Shown: piece by piece, positions 1-12,466 of the stretch
How positions within the stretch are numbered: the stretch's first letter is position 1
How the letters are laid out: the number at the start of each line of letters is the position of its first letter
NCBI GenBank assembly: GCA_002633005.1
Contig: NMRA01000320.1
Location: 188,328 to 252,327 of the forward strand
Length of the DNA stretch: 64,000 nt
Direction: 5' to 3'
DNA from: Phoronis australis
Taxonomy: Eukaryota > Animalia > Phoronida
Notes under the pieces: model-generated
Told to the model about the DNA's origin: nothing
Database searches by the model: none
Seen by the model: only the letters and a program-made list of their open reading frames with translations
Program-made: the position numbers and the translations under genes

Positions 1-52
1 AACATGTGTTACAAAAATAAAACATTTTAGCAATCTACCTACCATTTCAGAA

Positions 53-178
53 GAGTGAGGGTTGAGTGAGGGTAGAGTGAGGGTTGAGTGAGGATTGAGT
101 GAGGGTTGAGTGAGGGTTGAGTGAGGGTAGAGTGAGGGTAGAGTGAGGGTAGAGTGAGGGTAGAGCGAGGGTAGAGTG
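53..178. repeat. 11-bp minisatellite (GAGTGAGGGTT/A)n, about 11 copies
   Basis: Directly visible tandem units gagtgagggtt/gagtgagggta. It lies just inside the intron after the 218-428 exon on the minus strand. Confidence 0.95.
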
Positions 179-217
179 AAGAGAAACCAAAATATTTTAA
201 GACTGTCCAACACTTAC

Positions 218-428
218 ATAGATCCCCGGCAGCCAGACAGTCGTCTCAAAACATTCGTGATATTGACGCCATCGTTGTGCGACACAATTTTCACATTGTG
301 ATAACCAATGAATTCCTTGAGTAGAATCTTGAGGATGTGATTGGTGATTTGGTGAGAGATTCTGTCGCTTGACTCCAACACAATGGGCACGGGCTCACGT
401 CTGATGTTGAAACTGCGCAAGTAGGCAG
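218..428 (-). CDS. Internal coding exon of a secreted/membrane receptor-like protein (putative glycine-betaine/OpuAC-like PBP2 domain start); gene continues beyond the left edge
   Basis: Pyrimidine-rich acceptor (ctttctgtttctgttacttcag) ending at 429 and donor GTAAGT at 217. The 211-nt frame is open: (A)AYLRSFNIRREPVPIVLESSDRISHQITNHILKILLKEFIGYHNVKIVSHNDGVNITNVLRRLSGCRGS. Phase-1 entry matches the 12384 donor. The domain call is from recalled motif resemblance (SHQITNHILKILLKEFIGY), not a search. Confidence 0.8.
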
Positions 429-1323
429 CTGAAGTAACAGAAACAGAAAGTGTCCAATGATAAACCAGGAAAATGTCGCCAAGACAATAAAGTGCACAGC
501 AGTTAATTGTTTTCATGGTTGAAGTTAGGTTCGGGTCAGACACCAAGTATTGGGGTCCGTCTAAACACCTTCAATGAAACAGGCCAGAGACTGGCAGAAA
601 TGGCCAACTTTGGCCAAACACACCTCACATGAGATGCCCAGGCATTTATTTGGTGTTACCAAAACGCCTGGAAATTTTCATTTTCCGAATACATTCCCAG
701 AAAATCCTGGTAGGTCAAATGCCAAAGCATCTGCCACTGTAAAAAATGTAAAACCATGGCAAAAATGTAACTAAATTGAGGTCTAGGTAAATTACAACAT
801 AATATAAGCCATATCAACAGCATTACATTAACAAATCAACATGCATAGTGAACCATGGTATCAGTAACACTGACAGTTGTACAAATGATAATCAATCATA
901 TATCACAGTTTATGACAGGTATCAGCAATTAACTAAAAAACGACAAAATATAAATCTTAGTTTAGGTTGGTATCATGAATTGCGTTGTTGAAATTTTGTC
1001 ACTAAAAGGTGAAACTCACAAGTTTTTGATCTGATTCCAAGGCAAATGAAATATTTCGATGACCGTGAAAATAATTAATCTAGATTAATCACTAAGCGAT
1101 GAACGAGTCTCCACACTCTTAAGGAAAACAATTACTTTTTCTGTGCACAAACAAAAGGGTGTGAATTAGAATTCAACATCAGTACTAAATCACTAAGTGC
1201 TTGTAACTAGGTTCATGGCAGAAATATGGAGATTATTCAAGGAGAACTGTTTTGTTTGGCAGTTATTCTACAGTTAATGTAGCGGGAATCTCATCATCAG
1301 ATATGAGCCTGAAGCCATCTTAA

Positions 1324-1813
1324 GACCCTTTCACACTAACTTAACTCTGGTATGAGCCGAGCGTCGACTGCGAAGTTAATTGAATTGAATCGTTCAACCA
1401 GCTTTGGTAGTTAACGGCATTGAAGTAAATGGTAGGTGACATTGTGGAAATCGAAGTAATTGCAAGGTGCCGCTGATGCATCCCGTGCACACTAAGACTT
1501 TTTTAACGTGACAATTTGAGGACATTTACATGTGCTAATTGACAAAAAAATTTATTTCTAATTTGATTGGTGATTGTTCGAGGAAAATACAAACAACTAT
1601 TAGCGCTTCTTCATTGTTGACAATAACAGTGACCCCTGGCGATAACTTCGATAACACCGAAGTTGACCGCAGTGTCGACGCTCTGCTGTTAAATTCACCT
1701 ATTTACTGTGAAGTTAATTGGCGCTGTTACTTCGATCAAGGACCGAAGTTAACCATTCATACTGACTGCAACTTCCCAAAACATCGACGTATTGATGTTA
1801 GTATGAAAGGGCC
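1324..1813. mobile_element. PIF/Harbinger-like MITE, family A copy 1
   Basis: TIRs GACCCTTTCACACTAAC / GTTAGTATGAAAGGGCC, flanked by TAA on both sides (3-bp TSD). Homologous to 2361-2864 and 29270-29770 in the opposite orientation. Confidence 0.85.
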
Positions 1814-2360
1814 TAATCAAGAAGACAGACACAGAAACAAAACATTAATTGACATGCAGTAGGGAACAAAAACAAGTGGGAGGGCACGGTCAGAATTCAA
1901 TAAATGAATTAAGGATAATTGAGCTTTTTATCCAGAATTGATTTTGAAGTATTCAGATATTGACAGCATTAAGACTGATGTGTCAAAATGAATTGGTGAA
2001 TATTCAATATAGCAAAGTGTCATCCGGAGACCACTCAGGCAGACTTGATATGCAAATGAGCTAAAAAAACTTGCAACGGAAGTAAGTTGAGCTCCTTTGA
2101 TTTTTTTCAAATGACATTACCATCGAGTGTGAAACCAGTTTGCGTTGCTAGCCTCAGTCTCTACCTTCCACCACTGTGCAGTATTTATTCATCTTTTTGA
2201 TTGATCAACTTTTTAAACAAATGTGAGTCACTAAAACAGCTCACAGTTGTTTACACTCTTGCCTCGATATAGTGGCTTCAATATTCAAATCTGATAAACT
2301 GTCCTTCTTTGATTCAAAATACCTGCACATTATATATTCGTCTTTTCCCTTCATAATTAA

Positions 2361-2864
2361 GGGCCTTTCATATTAACGTCGGCGCGTCGATGGTTTGGGG
2401 AGTTGCGGTCAGTATGAACGCTTAACTCTGGTCCTGGATCGCAGTTAACAGCTCCAATTAACATCGCAGTTAACAGGTGGATTTAATAACACAGCATCGA
2501 TGCTGCGGTGCAGTATGAACGCTTAACTTCACTCCAATCGAAGTTATCACCAGGTGCCACTGTTATTATCAACAGTTACAGGGTAGTGCCATCACTAATA
2601 GCTATTTATTTTTTGCTCTAATGATAACCAGTAGATTTAAAAACAAGTTTAATATTATTTAACACATTTAAATGTTCCCGAATTGTCACATTGAAAAAAA
2701 TCTTAGCGTGCAGCGCTACCTTGCGATAACTTCGATGTCAGCGTCACCAACCGTTTACTTTGATGGTCATTAAAATAACTGCCGAAGCCAGTATGAACAG
2801 TCCAGTTAACTGCGCTGTTTACGTGGACACTCCAATACCGGAGTTAAGTCAACATGAAAGGGCC
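2361..2864. mobile_element. PIF/Harbinger-like MITE, family A copy 2
   Basis: Starts GGGCCTTTCATA and ends ATGAAAGGGCC. Internal sequence is colinear with 29270-29770 and reverse-complementary to 1324-1813. Confidence 0.85.
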
Positions 2865-3795
2865 TTTAAGCAGCTCACAGTTGCTTATACCCTTGCCTTG
2901 AAATTAAGTGGCTTTACTATTCAAATCTGAAAAACTGTCCTTTGATTCATTACCAACACAAAATGCGCATAACTTGGGACATCCCAGTGTGCAATAGAAG
3001 TTTATTACTAACACAGCAACATTTAATTACAGGGAAAATGGAGAATTGGTCAACACTGCACATTGGCACTTTCCAATAGTCATTGTAATGGAGAGGAAAT
3101 GCCACATTTCATGCCATTCTATGCTCATTTGGTGCATAGTGCCTGTTGTAAAAGGTCTATGATCTGCAAATGAAGTTTGCTTAGACTGCATACCTAATTA
3201 TAGGAGTGCATTGAACTTCTATAGATATAACTTAAAGAGAATTTGTAGATGAAAGAATTTATATGCCTTGTCAGCAATGTGAGCTTTCAAATGCGGAAAC
3301 CAGGTCGAATTTTGAGTTGCAATGTAATTTGCAGGTATCGTCGGGAACACTGTTTTCTGTTAGTATCTTCGATAGTGCATAAAAACAGTTGAAAGTGAGG
3401 CTTCCAGCATCACTGTGAATGTCAACAATTTTCAAAATGTTGTCTGATGGTGGAGAACTTGCGAACATGTGAAAGCATTAATTTGGTGGAACATAGAAAA
3501 AACGAGAAAAGTAGAACTTCACGTGGCCACCATATTGTGTCATTAAGATAGCTATTGAGGCTGTTTGCTTTTCAATGTTACTCTTCGAAATGGGTAACAA
3601 AAACTGTACCACTACATAGATACGATTCTAAATTTGAGAAAACAGAAAAGTATTTCAGATTTTTATTAAAGCATTTCGTAAATTTTACAAAAAAAAAACA
3701 ATTATAACCTCAAACGCTTTACAAAATAATGAATTTTTTACAAAGGTTTTCTACAGTATATGAAGTTTTAAGTTATCAATGGTTAAATATATGTA

Positions 3796-5330
3796 CCGTA
3801 TTCGCCCTAATAAGTGCCCAAGCGCTTAGAAAAATATGTTTTGTGTCAGGGGGGTTCTTGTAGTAGCCTAAGGTGGTTGAAACCCGGTCTTCGAAATGGG
3901 TGAAATCGGAAACTAGGATTCATCAAATTTACGCTCTGAAATGTATCTGTAACCTATGACAGACTTTCCGCAAAATTGTGGTGCATTGCTATCAAATTTC
4001 GTTGTTAAATTACGACCCTTTTTCAGAAAATTGTGCTGAAATCTCAGGGCGAAAACTCACCGACTGATGGGTCGCTGACTCGCGATCGTCGATAGGGCAA
4101 CTTGAATTCTTGAATAAAAATACAGTTTCGACTCAACAAATTACCTGAAATGCTCCTCAAGTTTTCCAAATAGCATCCCTCAGATTTTTAAGTTCCTATG
4201 GAGTTGGGATTAATTGCAGATTAAGTCCAAATATGCACTAGATCGCACCCCGCAACACGAGAAAAATCTGGACGAACACACATGTTGACACGTGACGTTT
4301 GTTATGAAATTCGTCTGTGTGTGTGTGTCCCGAGTGAGCTAGCCCGTGCGTGTCATCAGAGTTTATTTGCCAGAGTTAAGCAGGCCTACATGTATGTAGC
4401 GCACGCTTCCTGGCCATGTGCTTTAAACACTAGTCAATTTTTTTTAATTGGTCTTCGATTTGCGGTTTTCACGTGTACAAAGAGATCTGGATTCCTGTTG
4501 AGGGAGATTTGCACGGAAAGATACAAAACAAACTCGTTGACAAGTACGCTGCGTCTGTTCTGAAAGGCCTGACTATGGTGGCACATGTTCCTCGTAAGAT
4601 CAGCAAAACTTTTGCCTTTTTTGGAAACACTGCGGAAGTTTGAAGTGTAGGTATAGTCACTGCTAAATACTGACATAGCGGGTAATAAACTATTGAAATC
4701 GCTGATGAAAGCGTGCCAAGTTTAAAATCCCTGTAACCCCTGATATTCTGTCACCATCATTTCATGTTTTGAAAGTTGTGCAGTCTCTTCCGATACAATT
4801 TCACGAAAAACGCGTGATCACAATTGTGCGATCTCTGTGCATGTATTGAATAACTAAGCAATGGTTTGTTCCACTTTGACACATATGACTTACCTACTTA
4901 AGAACAATGTTATTGTGCACATTTTTCTCAACTAACAAATGCTCAATTCCACCAAAACAAAAAGTTGACACGTGGGCGGAGCTTACACGATGGTCTATTT
5001 TTATCACAAAGGCGAGATTGGGCAATTACCAAAATTGCCATAACAGGGCAATTTGGGGTTATAAGTGATTTCCTATCCTGCCTTCTTGCAGAACAAGTTT
5101 ATTTTTCAGAAGAATCCGTCTTCGCAGTGTTTTCAGATCCAAATCCCAGCCTTGTTTACTTCCGATATGAAGGCAAAGTAACACCGGTGACATGTGTGAA
5201 GAGGTCACGTGCCGTTTTGAGGCTGACCCATTTTTTCATACATAGCACATCATGATTCAGTGCCCATGGAAATCCCCGTGAAGTCAAAGTATTTCAAGGC
5301 TTTTTAACCCAATACTTGTTACTGAGTACT
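3796..5330. mobile_element. Probable Tc1/mariner-type non-autonomous element (TA|CCGTA start); right boundary uncertain
   Basis: Begins TA-CCGTATTCGCCCTAATAAGTGCCC, a terminus of the same style as family B. The interior is CpG-richer and non-coding. No matching right TIR was seen. Confidence 0.35.
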
Positions 5331-5341
5331 TAAACAAAATA

Positions 5342-6570
5342 CCGTAAACGTTCGGGTTAACACCCATGTTCACTTAACAGCCCATCCCCAACTTTAGGTG
5401 GATTTCCGATTTAAGCGCCCACTGCTCGGTTAACCCCCCTCTACGATTTTTGAAGATTTCCAGTTAATTGCGCACCTGTCGGTTAAGCGCCCATCCCTGA
5501 CTTAGAGATTGAAGATATAGCGCTCAGTGCTAAGGAAACGCGCAATTCCCTGACTTTTAGATCGATGATCACAGGGAATGCAACGATGGCCTCCGAGCTG
5601 GCGGTTTGGCCAAGTGAATTATAGTACAATAACGAATTATTGTCCCGGGTCATGGATTTACTTCAAAATATAATACTTGAACCTTTTTGTCACTTTATTT
5701 TCTTCCCATGTGTGCAAAGTTTAAGAACCATGCTGGCTTCTATACCTCCACTTTTAGCGACGCGGTCTACCGCACTAAGTTTCCGTCTCACTAGTCGCAG
5801 TGCACATAAGATAAAACATATATTCGTTAAAATCAGGCCAGAGAAATGTGGCATGGTTTTGCCATCCTTTCTAATATGCTTTAGGTGAGAAGCTCTCGTA
5901 TTTTGAATAATTCCCATAACTCAGGAAAGATGTCAAATTCTCCTTATTTTAATGAATGTAATTATCAGGTTATCGAGGATGTGCAGCGACCAAACGGACA
6001 GGGTAAACGATTTCTGAATTCAATGGTCGGCAATACGTTACTGGATGTTTATCACCTTGAAGTAATAAAAAACCTGAAAGTAAAATTTTGTTTTTCACTT
6101 ATTGCATCTCAGTCAAACTGGCGTTAGCAGGTTTCGCCAATGTCGCTGGGGGTTCTTTGTAATACGACTTCTTGCGACAAGTCCCGCCTTGGCGTGACTG
6201 TGTGAATTGTCATATTCCACCTTCCCTTTTTAGCTTCCCGAATATTTTTGTTTCTTAATTGGCCAGTTTCATTGAGTCTGAGATATCTACGACGCAGATT
6301 GACTGAAAATTTGCGGCAGTTGTTATGACGTCCACGCAGCTAGCTACGGGGATGACCTCACCGCACCCAGGGAAAATCGAGTCGGGAAGTATTGGAGCAG
6401 ACACGACATTACAGTTTTGGGTCATTGGAACGGAGGAATATCGTAAAACAGTGGGTCTTTTATGACAACAACTTAAAAGTACGCAGTCTGGCCCAGGTTA
6501 AGCACCCATGATTGGGTAAGAGCCACATCCAATTTCTTCAAATTCTAATTCAAGCACCCATATCTGGTGC
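5342..6570 (+). mobile_element. Tc1/mariner-type non-autonomous element, family B
   Basis: Terminus TA-CCGTAAACGTTCGGGTTAAC with repeated subterminal TTAAGCGCCC motifs. The first ~600 bp recur inverted at 26495-27102 and the first ~340 bp at 61620-61969. The right end is approximate. Confidence 0.75.
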
Positions 6571-7374
6571 TAAGAGTGGGCTCCTTCCTCCCCCAGATTT
6601 CCAAGAATCACATAAGTTTATAGTTTATTTCAGTCCAGCATCTGGTAAACATTAAGTTATAACCATCATCCAAGTACAGTCAATAACACAATATTTTCAT
6701 CCTTGTGCTTCACTACCATTTCTTAGGGGAATGCTCAACTGGAAAATTAGGATACCAACTGGATAAGAGAAAATTAGGAACTCTCCTCGAGTATCTGAGA
6801 AAAACATTGCCCTATCATACAACTTTGTTGCGGCAACATCACCTTTTGTTTCTACTAATTTATATAACCCCCATTAATGGGGAATCGAATCAAAAAGACA
6901 CCATATTGTATGGAATTCAAGGCACCCATAGGACACTATCCGTTATGACTGACAAGTGAAATTTTATTTTATCATTTTTCTACAAAAATCACGAAGTATC
7001 AAATTAAAAGCATTTCCATCTTAAAAGTTTTGTTTCGCAACTAACATCAGGCAATCACCAAATTTTGATGGACAACAACGTTAGAAGCCATGGAAACGAA
7101 AAAAGGCACTTTTGGCAATTATACGTCCTCGAAATTGGTCAGATCGTTTTACTGTATCAAAGTAGCTAATGGGAGTTCTTACAATGTCTAGCTCAAACCA
7201 ATCATGCAGTGAGTGAGGCTGAAGCGGAGCCTTGAGGTCAATGGTGACCTCTCTAGCTACTGGTGTCTGGATATGTACTTTTAGGGAGCAGTCAGTGGAA
7301 CACTTCGCTGCACAAGAAACAAAACCCTCAACATGGATTAGCTCCCAGAGCTGTGGCCATACAAGTGGATGCAT

Positions 7375-7667
7375 GTTTAAACTCCTGAGGTGACAGGGCC
7401 GAGGACCCCGTTTGTTACTGAACAGAGACTCAATTTCACAACGCTTAAATTCTAATATTTTTAATATTGTACGTTTAAGCTTCTGAGGTGACAGGGCCGA
7501 GGACCAAGTTTGTCACTAAACAGAGACTCAATTTCACAATGCTTAAATTCTAATATTTTTAATATTGTACGTTTGAACTCCTGAGGTGACAGGGCCGAGG
7601 ACCAAGCTTGTCACTGAACAGAGACTCAATTTCACAATGCTTAAATTCTAATATTTTTGATATTGTA
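7375..7667. repeat. 98-bp tandem repeat x3
   Basis: Units start at 7375, 7473 and 7571 (gtttaaactcctgaggtgacagggccgaggacc...aatattgtac). Confidence 0.95.
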
Positions 7668-7827
7668 GGAATATGTAAATCTTAAACCAGTGCGGAAAGA
7701 TGAATTGCAAAAATATTTAAGTCTGGTCTGCACACCACCTGTTGGCCACATCACTTATTGCGATTTTTAATATTAGCAAAAGTTAATCCTTATGTTATTC
7801 ACCAAATAATCAATTTCTGACAAAATT

Positions 7828-10666
7828 GTTTTCAATTATAAATTGCTTTGCATGTTTTCATGTTAGTCGTTATGTTTCACATGCCGTGGAGGCTGACAAA
7901 CAATGTTCTGGTAAAGGTGGCTCATAAATTAATTAATTAGATTAATTTCCGTCAAAATTCTATACCTGTATAACTCGATAAAAGCTAGCAAATGGAACAG
8001 TGAAAGTCATCACGCGTTCTGCTGATCAACAATGAGCAGACGTAACACTCGACTTGAAAATGTAGCATTGCGTGTTTTTACTTTGTCATCCAGAGATTTC
8101 TAGGAATTACAAAAAACAATTTCTAGTGCTTGCGTACAACATACAACTCAAAAGTGTCAAATATCCAGCCGTAATTCCACTACAAAGTCGGAATAATTGA
8201 AGAGAGTGCAAATAATTAATACTGTTTGATGCTGTTCATCAATTCTAAACGAAACGACAACTCTGATAAAATCCAATTTTCTCCCAGTCAAAATGGGAAG
8301 GCCAGATAAATGGAGAAAGCATATCTTATGCTATCAAATATCTTTTTTTGCTGAAAGCAATCAATAATTGGACTGAAATATACATAATTATTTGTTTTTC
8401 GCAACATATTATACTTACCTTATAAAGCCCAGTAAAAAAAACAACAAATCATTGAAAATTATAATTTCGGCTCCAACCGTAAGCAAATAGCATGCGCTCC
8501 GAAAACTTCCAAGTCCTAAGATATTGATGAAACTACATTAATACAGAACATGACGAACAAACGATTTTATTCTTAATTTTTCATAAACCCTAAGTCACCA
8601 ATGCAAGGCTTACCATTTTTAGTTGTGAACCACAGCTATCATAAGAAAATGTTTTGATAAACCGTCAACAGTCACAACAGCAGATGCCTTCAAAAAGAAA
8701 AAAAGGACAACAGTAGCAATTATTTTGTCCGAAATTGGTGAGATGTTTACCGTACCGGTAGTCAGCAAGGACAATCAACAAGTGGAGGTAAACAAGTCAT
8801 GTTTACCAGTCGGTATGTACGCAAGTCATATTTACAACAGTCGTGGTGATGCAGGTAACTGAGTGAAGCAACCCCAGCCTGTAGTTAATGGTCTGTGTTT
8901 GTGTCTTTCTGGCAAAGTTGACTGTGGTGGTCAAACCACAGCTTGTTCATGCAAGCACTGGTTGACATTTGGCATAACCAAGGGTCAGACCATAAAGTTT
9001 GGCTGGACTGAGCTAGTAATCACCAGTTGCTAGCATGAAGACACAATGGTCAACATTATGGTGGCTACAATAGCTTGTTTTGGTCGTTGAGTTTGCGGTG
9101 ATTTAAGTAAAATAAAATTTAATACCCCGTTCACAAACAGGCTAAAATGCTAGCGTTTTTATTAGCACTTTCGCTAAGTAGCAAAAACACTAGTCATGTG
9201 AATTTTCGCAAGTATCTCTTTTGCATGAGGAAACTTGTACACTAACATTAGGGTTTNGTTTTCAATTATAAATTGCTTTTCATGTTTTCATGTTAGTCGT
9301 TATGTTTCACATGCCGTGGAGGCTGACAAACAATGTCCTGGTAAATTAAATTAATTTCTGACAAAATTCTATACCTGTAGAACTCGATAAAAGCTAGCAA
9401 ATGGAACAGTGAAAGTCATCACGTGTTCTGCTGACCAACAATGAGCAGACGTAACACTCGACTTGAAAATGTAATATTGCGTGTTTTTACTTCGTCATCC
9501 AGAGATTTCTAGGAATTACAAAAAACAATTTCTAGTGCTTGCGTACAACGTACAACTCAAAAGTGTCAAATATCCAGCCGTAATTCCACTACAAAGTCGG
9601 AATAATTGAAGAGAGTGCAAATAATTAATACTGTTTGATGCTGTTCATCAATTCTAAACGAAAGGACAACTCTGATAAAATCCAATTTTCTCCCAGTCAA
9701 AATGAGAAGGCCAGATAAATGAAGAAAGCATATCCTATGCTATCAGATATCTTTTTTGCTGAAGGCAATCAATAATTGGACTGAAATATACATAATTATT
9801 TGTTTTTCGCAACATATTATACTTACCTTGTAAAGCCCAGTAAAAAAACAACAAATCATTGAAAATTATAATGTCGGCTCCAACCGTAAGCAAATAGCAT
9901 GCGCTCCAAAAACTTCCAAGTCCTAACATATTGATGAAACTACATTAATACAGAACATGGCGAACAAACTATTTTATTCCTAATTTTTCATAAACCCTAA
10001 GTCACCAATGCAACGTTTACCATTTTTAGTTGTGAGCCACAGCTATCATAAGAAAATGTTTTGATAAATCGTCAACAGTCACAACAACAGCAGATGCCTT
10101 CAAAAAGAAAAAAGGACAACAGTAGCAATTATTTTGTCCGAAATTGGTGAGATGTTTACCGTACCGGTAGTCAGCAAGGACAATCAACAAGTGGAGGTAA
10201 ACAAGTCATGTTTACCAGTCGGTATGTACGCAAGTCATATTTACAACAGTCGTGGTGAGGCAGGTAACTAAGTGAAGCAACCCCAGCCTGTAGTTAATGA
10301 TCTGTGTTTGTGTCTTTCTGGCAAAGTTGACTGTGGTGGTCAAACCACAGCTTGTTCATGCAAGCACTGGTTGACATTTGGCATAACCAAGGGTCAGACC
10401 ATAAAGTTTGGCTGGACTGAGCTAGTAATCACCAGTTGCTATCATGAAGACACAATGGTCAACATTATGGTGGCTACAATAGCTTGTTTTGGTCGTTGAG
10501 TTTGCGGTGATTTAAGTAAAAATAAAATTTAATACCCCGTTCACAAACAGGCTAAAATGCTAGCGTTTTTATTAGCACTTTCGCTAAGTAGCAAAAACAC
10601 TAGTCATGTGAACTTTCGCAAGTATCTCTTTTGCATGAGGAAACTTGTACACTAACATTAGGGTTT
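7828..10666. repeat. ~1.4-kb near-identical direct duplication (7828-9256 / 9258-10666) joined by a single N; probable allelic haplotype duplication
   Basis: Copy 2 starts exactly after the n at 9257. The copies differ by scattered SNPs and small indels. A MITE that is complete after copy 2 is cut off at the N in copy 1. Confidence 0.9.
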
Positions 10667-11012
10667 GTGTTACCCCTGAACACCAAGGTGAGCTTAAGCA
10701 AGACTGTGACTAACCCGCTGTCTCATCCACGTGCACGCAAAACCTGCTGGTGAAAGATTGACCTAATTGTTAGCTGCCTTTACTGGAGGTATGTAACAAA
10801 ACTGCTTAATCAAAGGACGGTCATGAGCATAGGTAAAAGGCCAGTACCGTAAATGTGGTTTGACATCTATTTTCGTCTAAAAGCAACTTTGGTTGAAAGC
10901 AAAAACTAATTGCTAGTGAAAATGACTCCTTCAGCTGGCTAAAATGCTGGCGTATTCGCTCGCGGTTTAGCCAGTGAAACCTAGCATTTTCACTTCTCAT
11001 GTGAACGTAGTA
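10533..11012. mobile_element. MITE with imperfect TIR (TACCCCGTTCACA / TGTGAACGTAGTA)
   Basis: Inverted termini plus subterminal GCTAAAATGCTAG motifs. There is a truncated copy at ~9123-9256 and a related inverted fragment near 39770-39830. Confidence 0.55.
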
Positions 11013-12383
11013 CAAGTATGACTTGTGTGAAGAATATGAAGGTACAACATCTATGGGTAGATTCATCAGAGAAAGCTCAGGCCTGCGCGTCGTTAAGCTG
11101 GCCTACAAGTCGTGAAAGCAAGAAATTTGCAAAACTACGAGATCACATAATCTCCACCAGATATCAGCAGGCATTGCAAGCAAAGCACATGTTCATACTA
11201 GTGTCAGTATCAAAATTCCTGCGTCTACGGAATGCAGCCCTGTTTTGTAACTTACGCCTTAGCACCATTTAAAGTCTTTGTTGCTCCTTTATTGGAATAA
11301 GATGATAGGCGGAGGTAGCCACATCTCCAGAAGATCGTGGTAATCACATGATAATCACATGATCAGATGGTGAGTAGGGTAAAATCTTGATTTCGGACAA
11401 AAATAATCCCCAAAATCGCTCATCTTTGGTTTTTCAAAGGTTTCTAACATTGTTGTAAATGTCAATTGTCATAGTGTTTGATTTTACTTTATTTCTGTTT
11501 ATGTTGACGAAAGATGTTATTATATCCGAAAATTTCAGCCTATTCATTCTTGTTGTTTTATTTATCTATATATATTCTACATTTCGTGAAACAATAGTAT
11601 CCTTGAGAGGATCTGGATCGTCTTTTTTAGTTTCAGATTTATTTTCTATGTTGTGAATGCCAAAAAATTTATCAAAATATTGTTTGATGGTAGCTATGGT
11701 ACAGAGACTGAACATCAAAAAACAAACCCTGAACTTGATGTTACACTGTTTCTTCAGGAAACTTGTTTTAAATAAAGACAAAATATTAGATGTTCGCCAT
11801 AATGTGTCCTTAACTGGTGAGAGTTCACAGGAATTGCGCAGGAGCACCTCGATTTAGCATCCTTTTATTACAGGGAAGGAACTGGTTGGGCACATTCATA
11901 AACACTGTTGGAGCACAATGAGTGTCATTAGATGTCAAAGTGAAATAAATGCAACACCTACTCCACATTTTCTCAAGTGCATGGCACCATCTCAGAGCTC
12001 CATTATTATAGTGTAAACGCACTCTGAGGAGTGCCAAGATGAGATACAAAAAATACTTGAGAACAATAAATAGTCTAATAGAAAGCTTGAAAGTTTTCGA
12101 AACTTAACAACATTGAATCACAAATTAACTTAGGGCTGAGTACATATTACTCTTTTACTGAGGTTATCATGGTGAATTCTTCAACCAGTGAGACAAAAAT
12201 ACTTGCTCTAACTGCAGCTCTAAGATTGACTGCACTGTTGTAAGCACTCAAAGATTTTTCTTAGATACAACCGCTTAGAACAAACGTGTCAAAACTGAAC
12301 TGCAACTTTCTCACTTCCACTTTCAACCATGATCTATTTTTACTGCAAATAATTACAAAGAAGGCCTGATTTTCACAACATAC

Positions 12384-12465
12384 CTTTCCTGTCAGTAAAA
12401 CATTTAGACCAGGCCGCCGCAACAATGGCAACCAGTAGTATCCATGACGACTGGAAAATTTCCAT
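12384..12465 (-). CDS. First coding exon (signal peptide) of the minus-strand receptor-like gene
   Basis: ATG at 12465 in strong context (AGCATGG) encodes MEIFQSSWILLVAIVAAAWSKCFTDRK, with a hydrophobic core and small residues before KC. Donor AAG|GTATGT at 12383 is phase 1 and joins in frame to the exon starting at 428. The 5' UTR part extends to an acceptor, with exon start at 12550 or 12575. The ORF track missed this exon. Confidence 0.85.
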
Positions 12466-12466
12466 G

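Noticed and set aside
7375-7667. CRISPR-like repeat/spacer appearance of tandem arrays
   Set aside because: Whole units repeat with no unique spacers, there are no cas genes, and the context is eukaryotic.
11260-11275. TAGCACCATTT (miR-29-like) match; similarly bantam-like at ~20431 and miR-21-like at ~52687
   Set aside because: Only short partial matches with no complementary arm to form a pre-miRNA hairpin.
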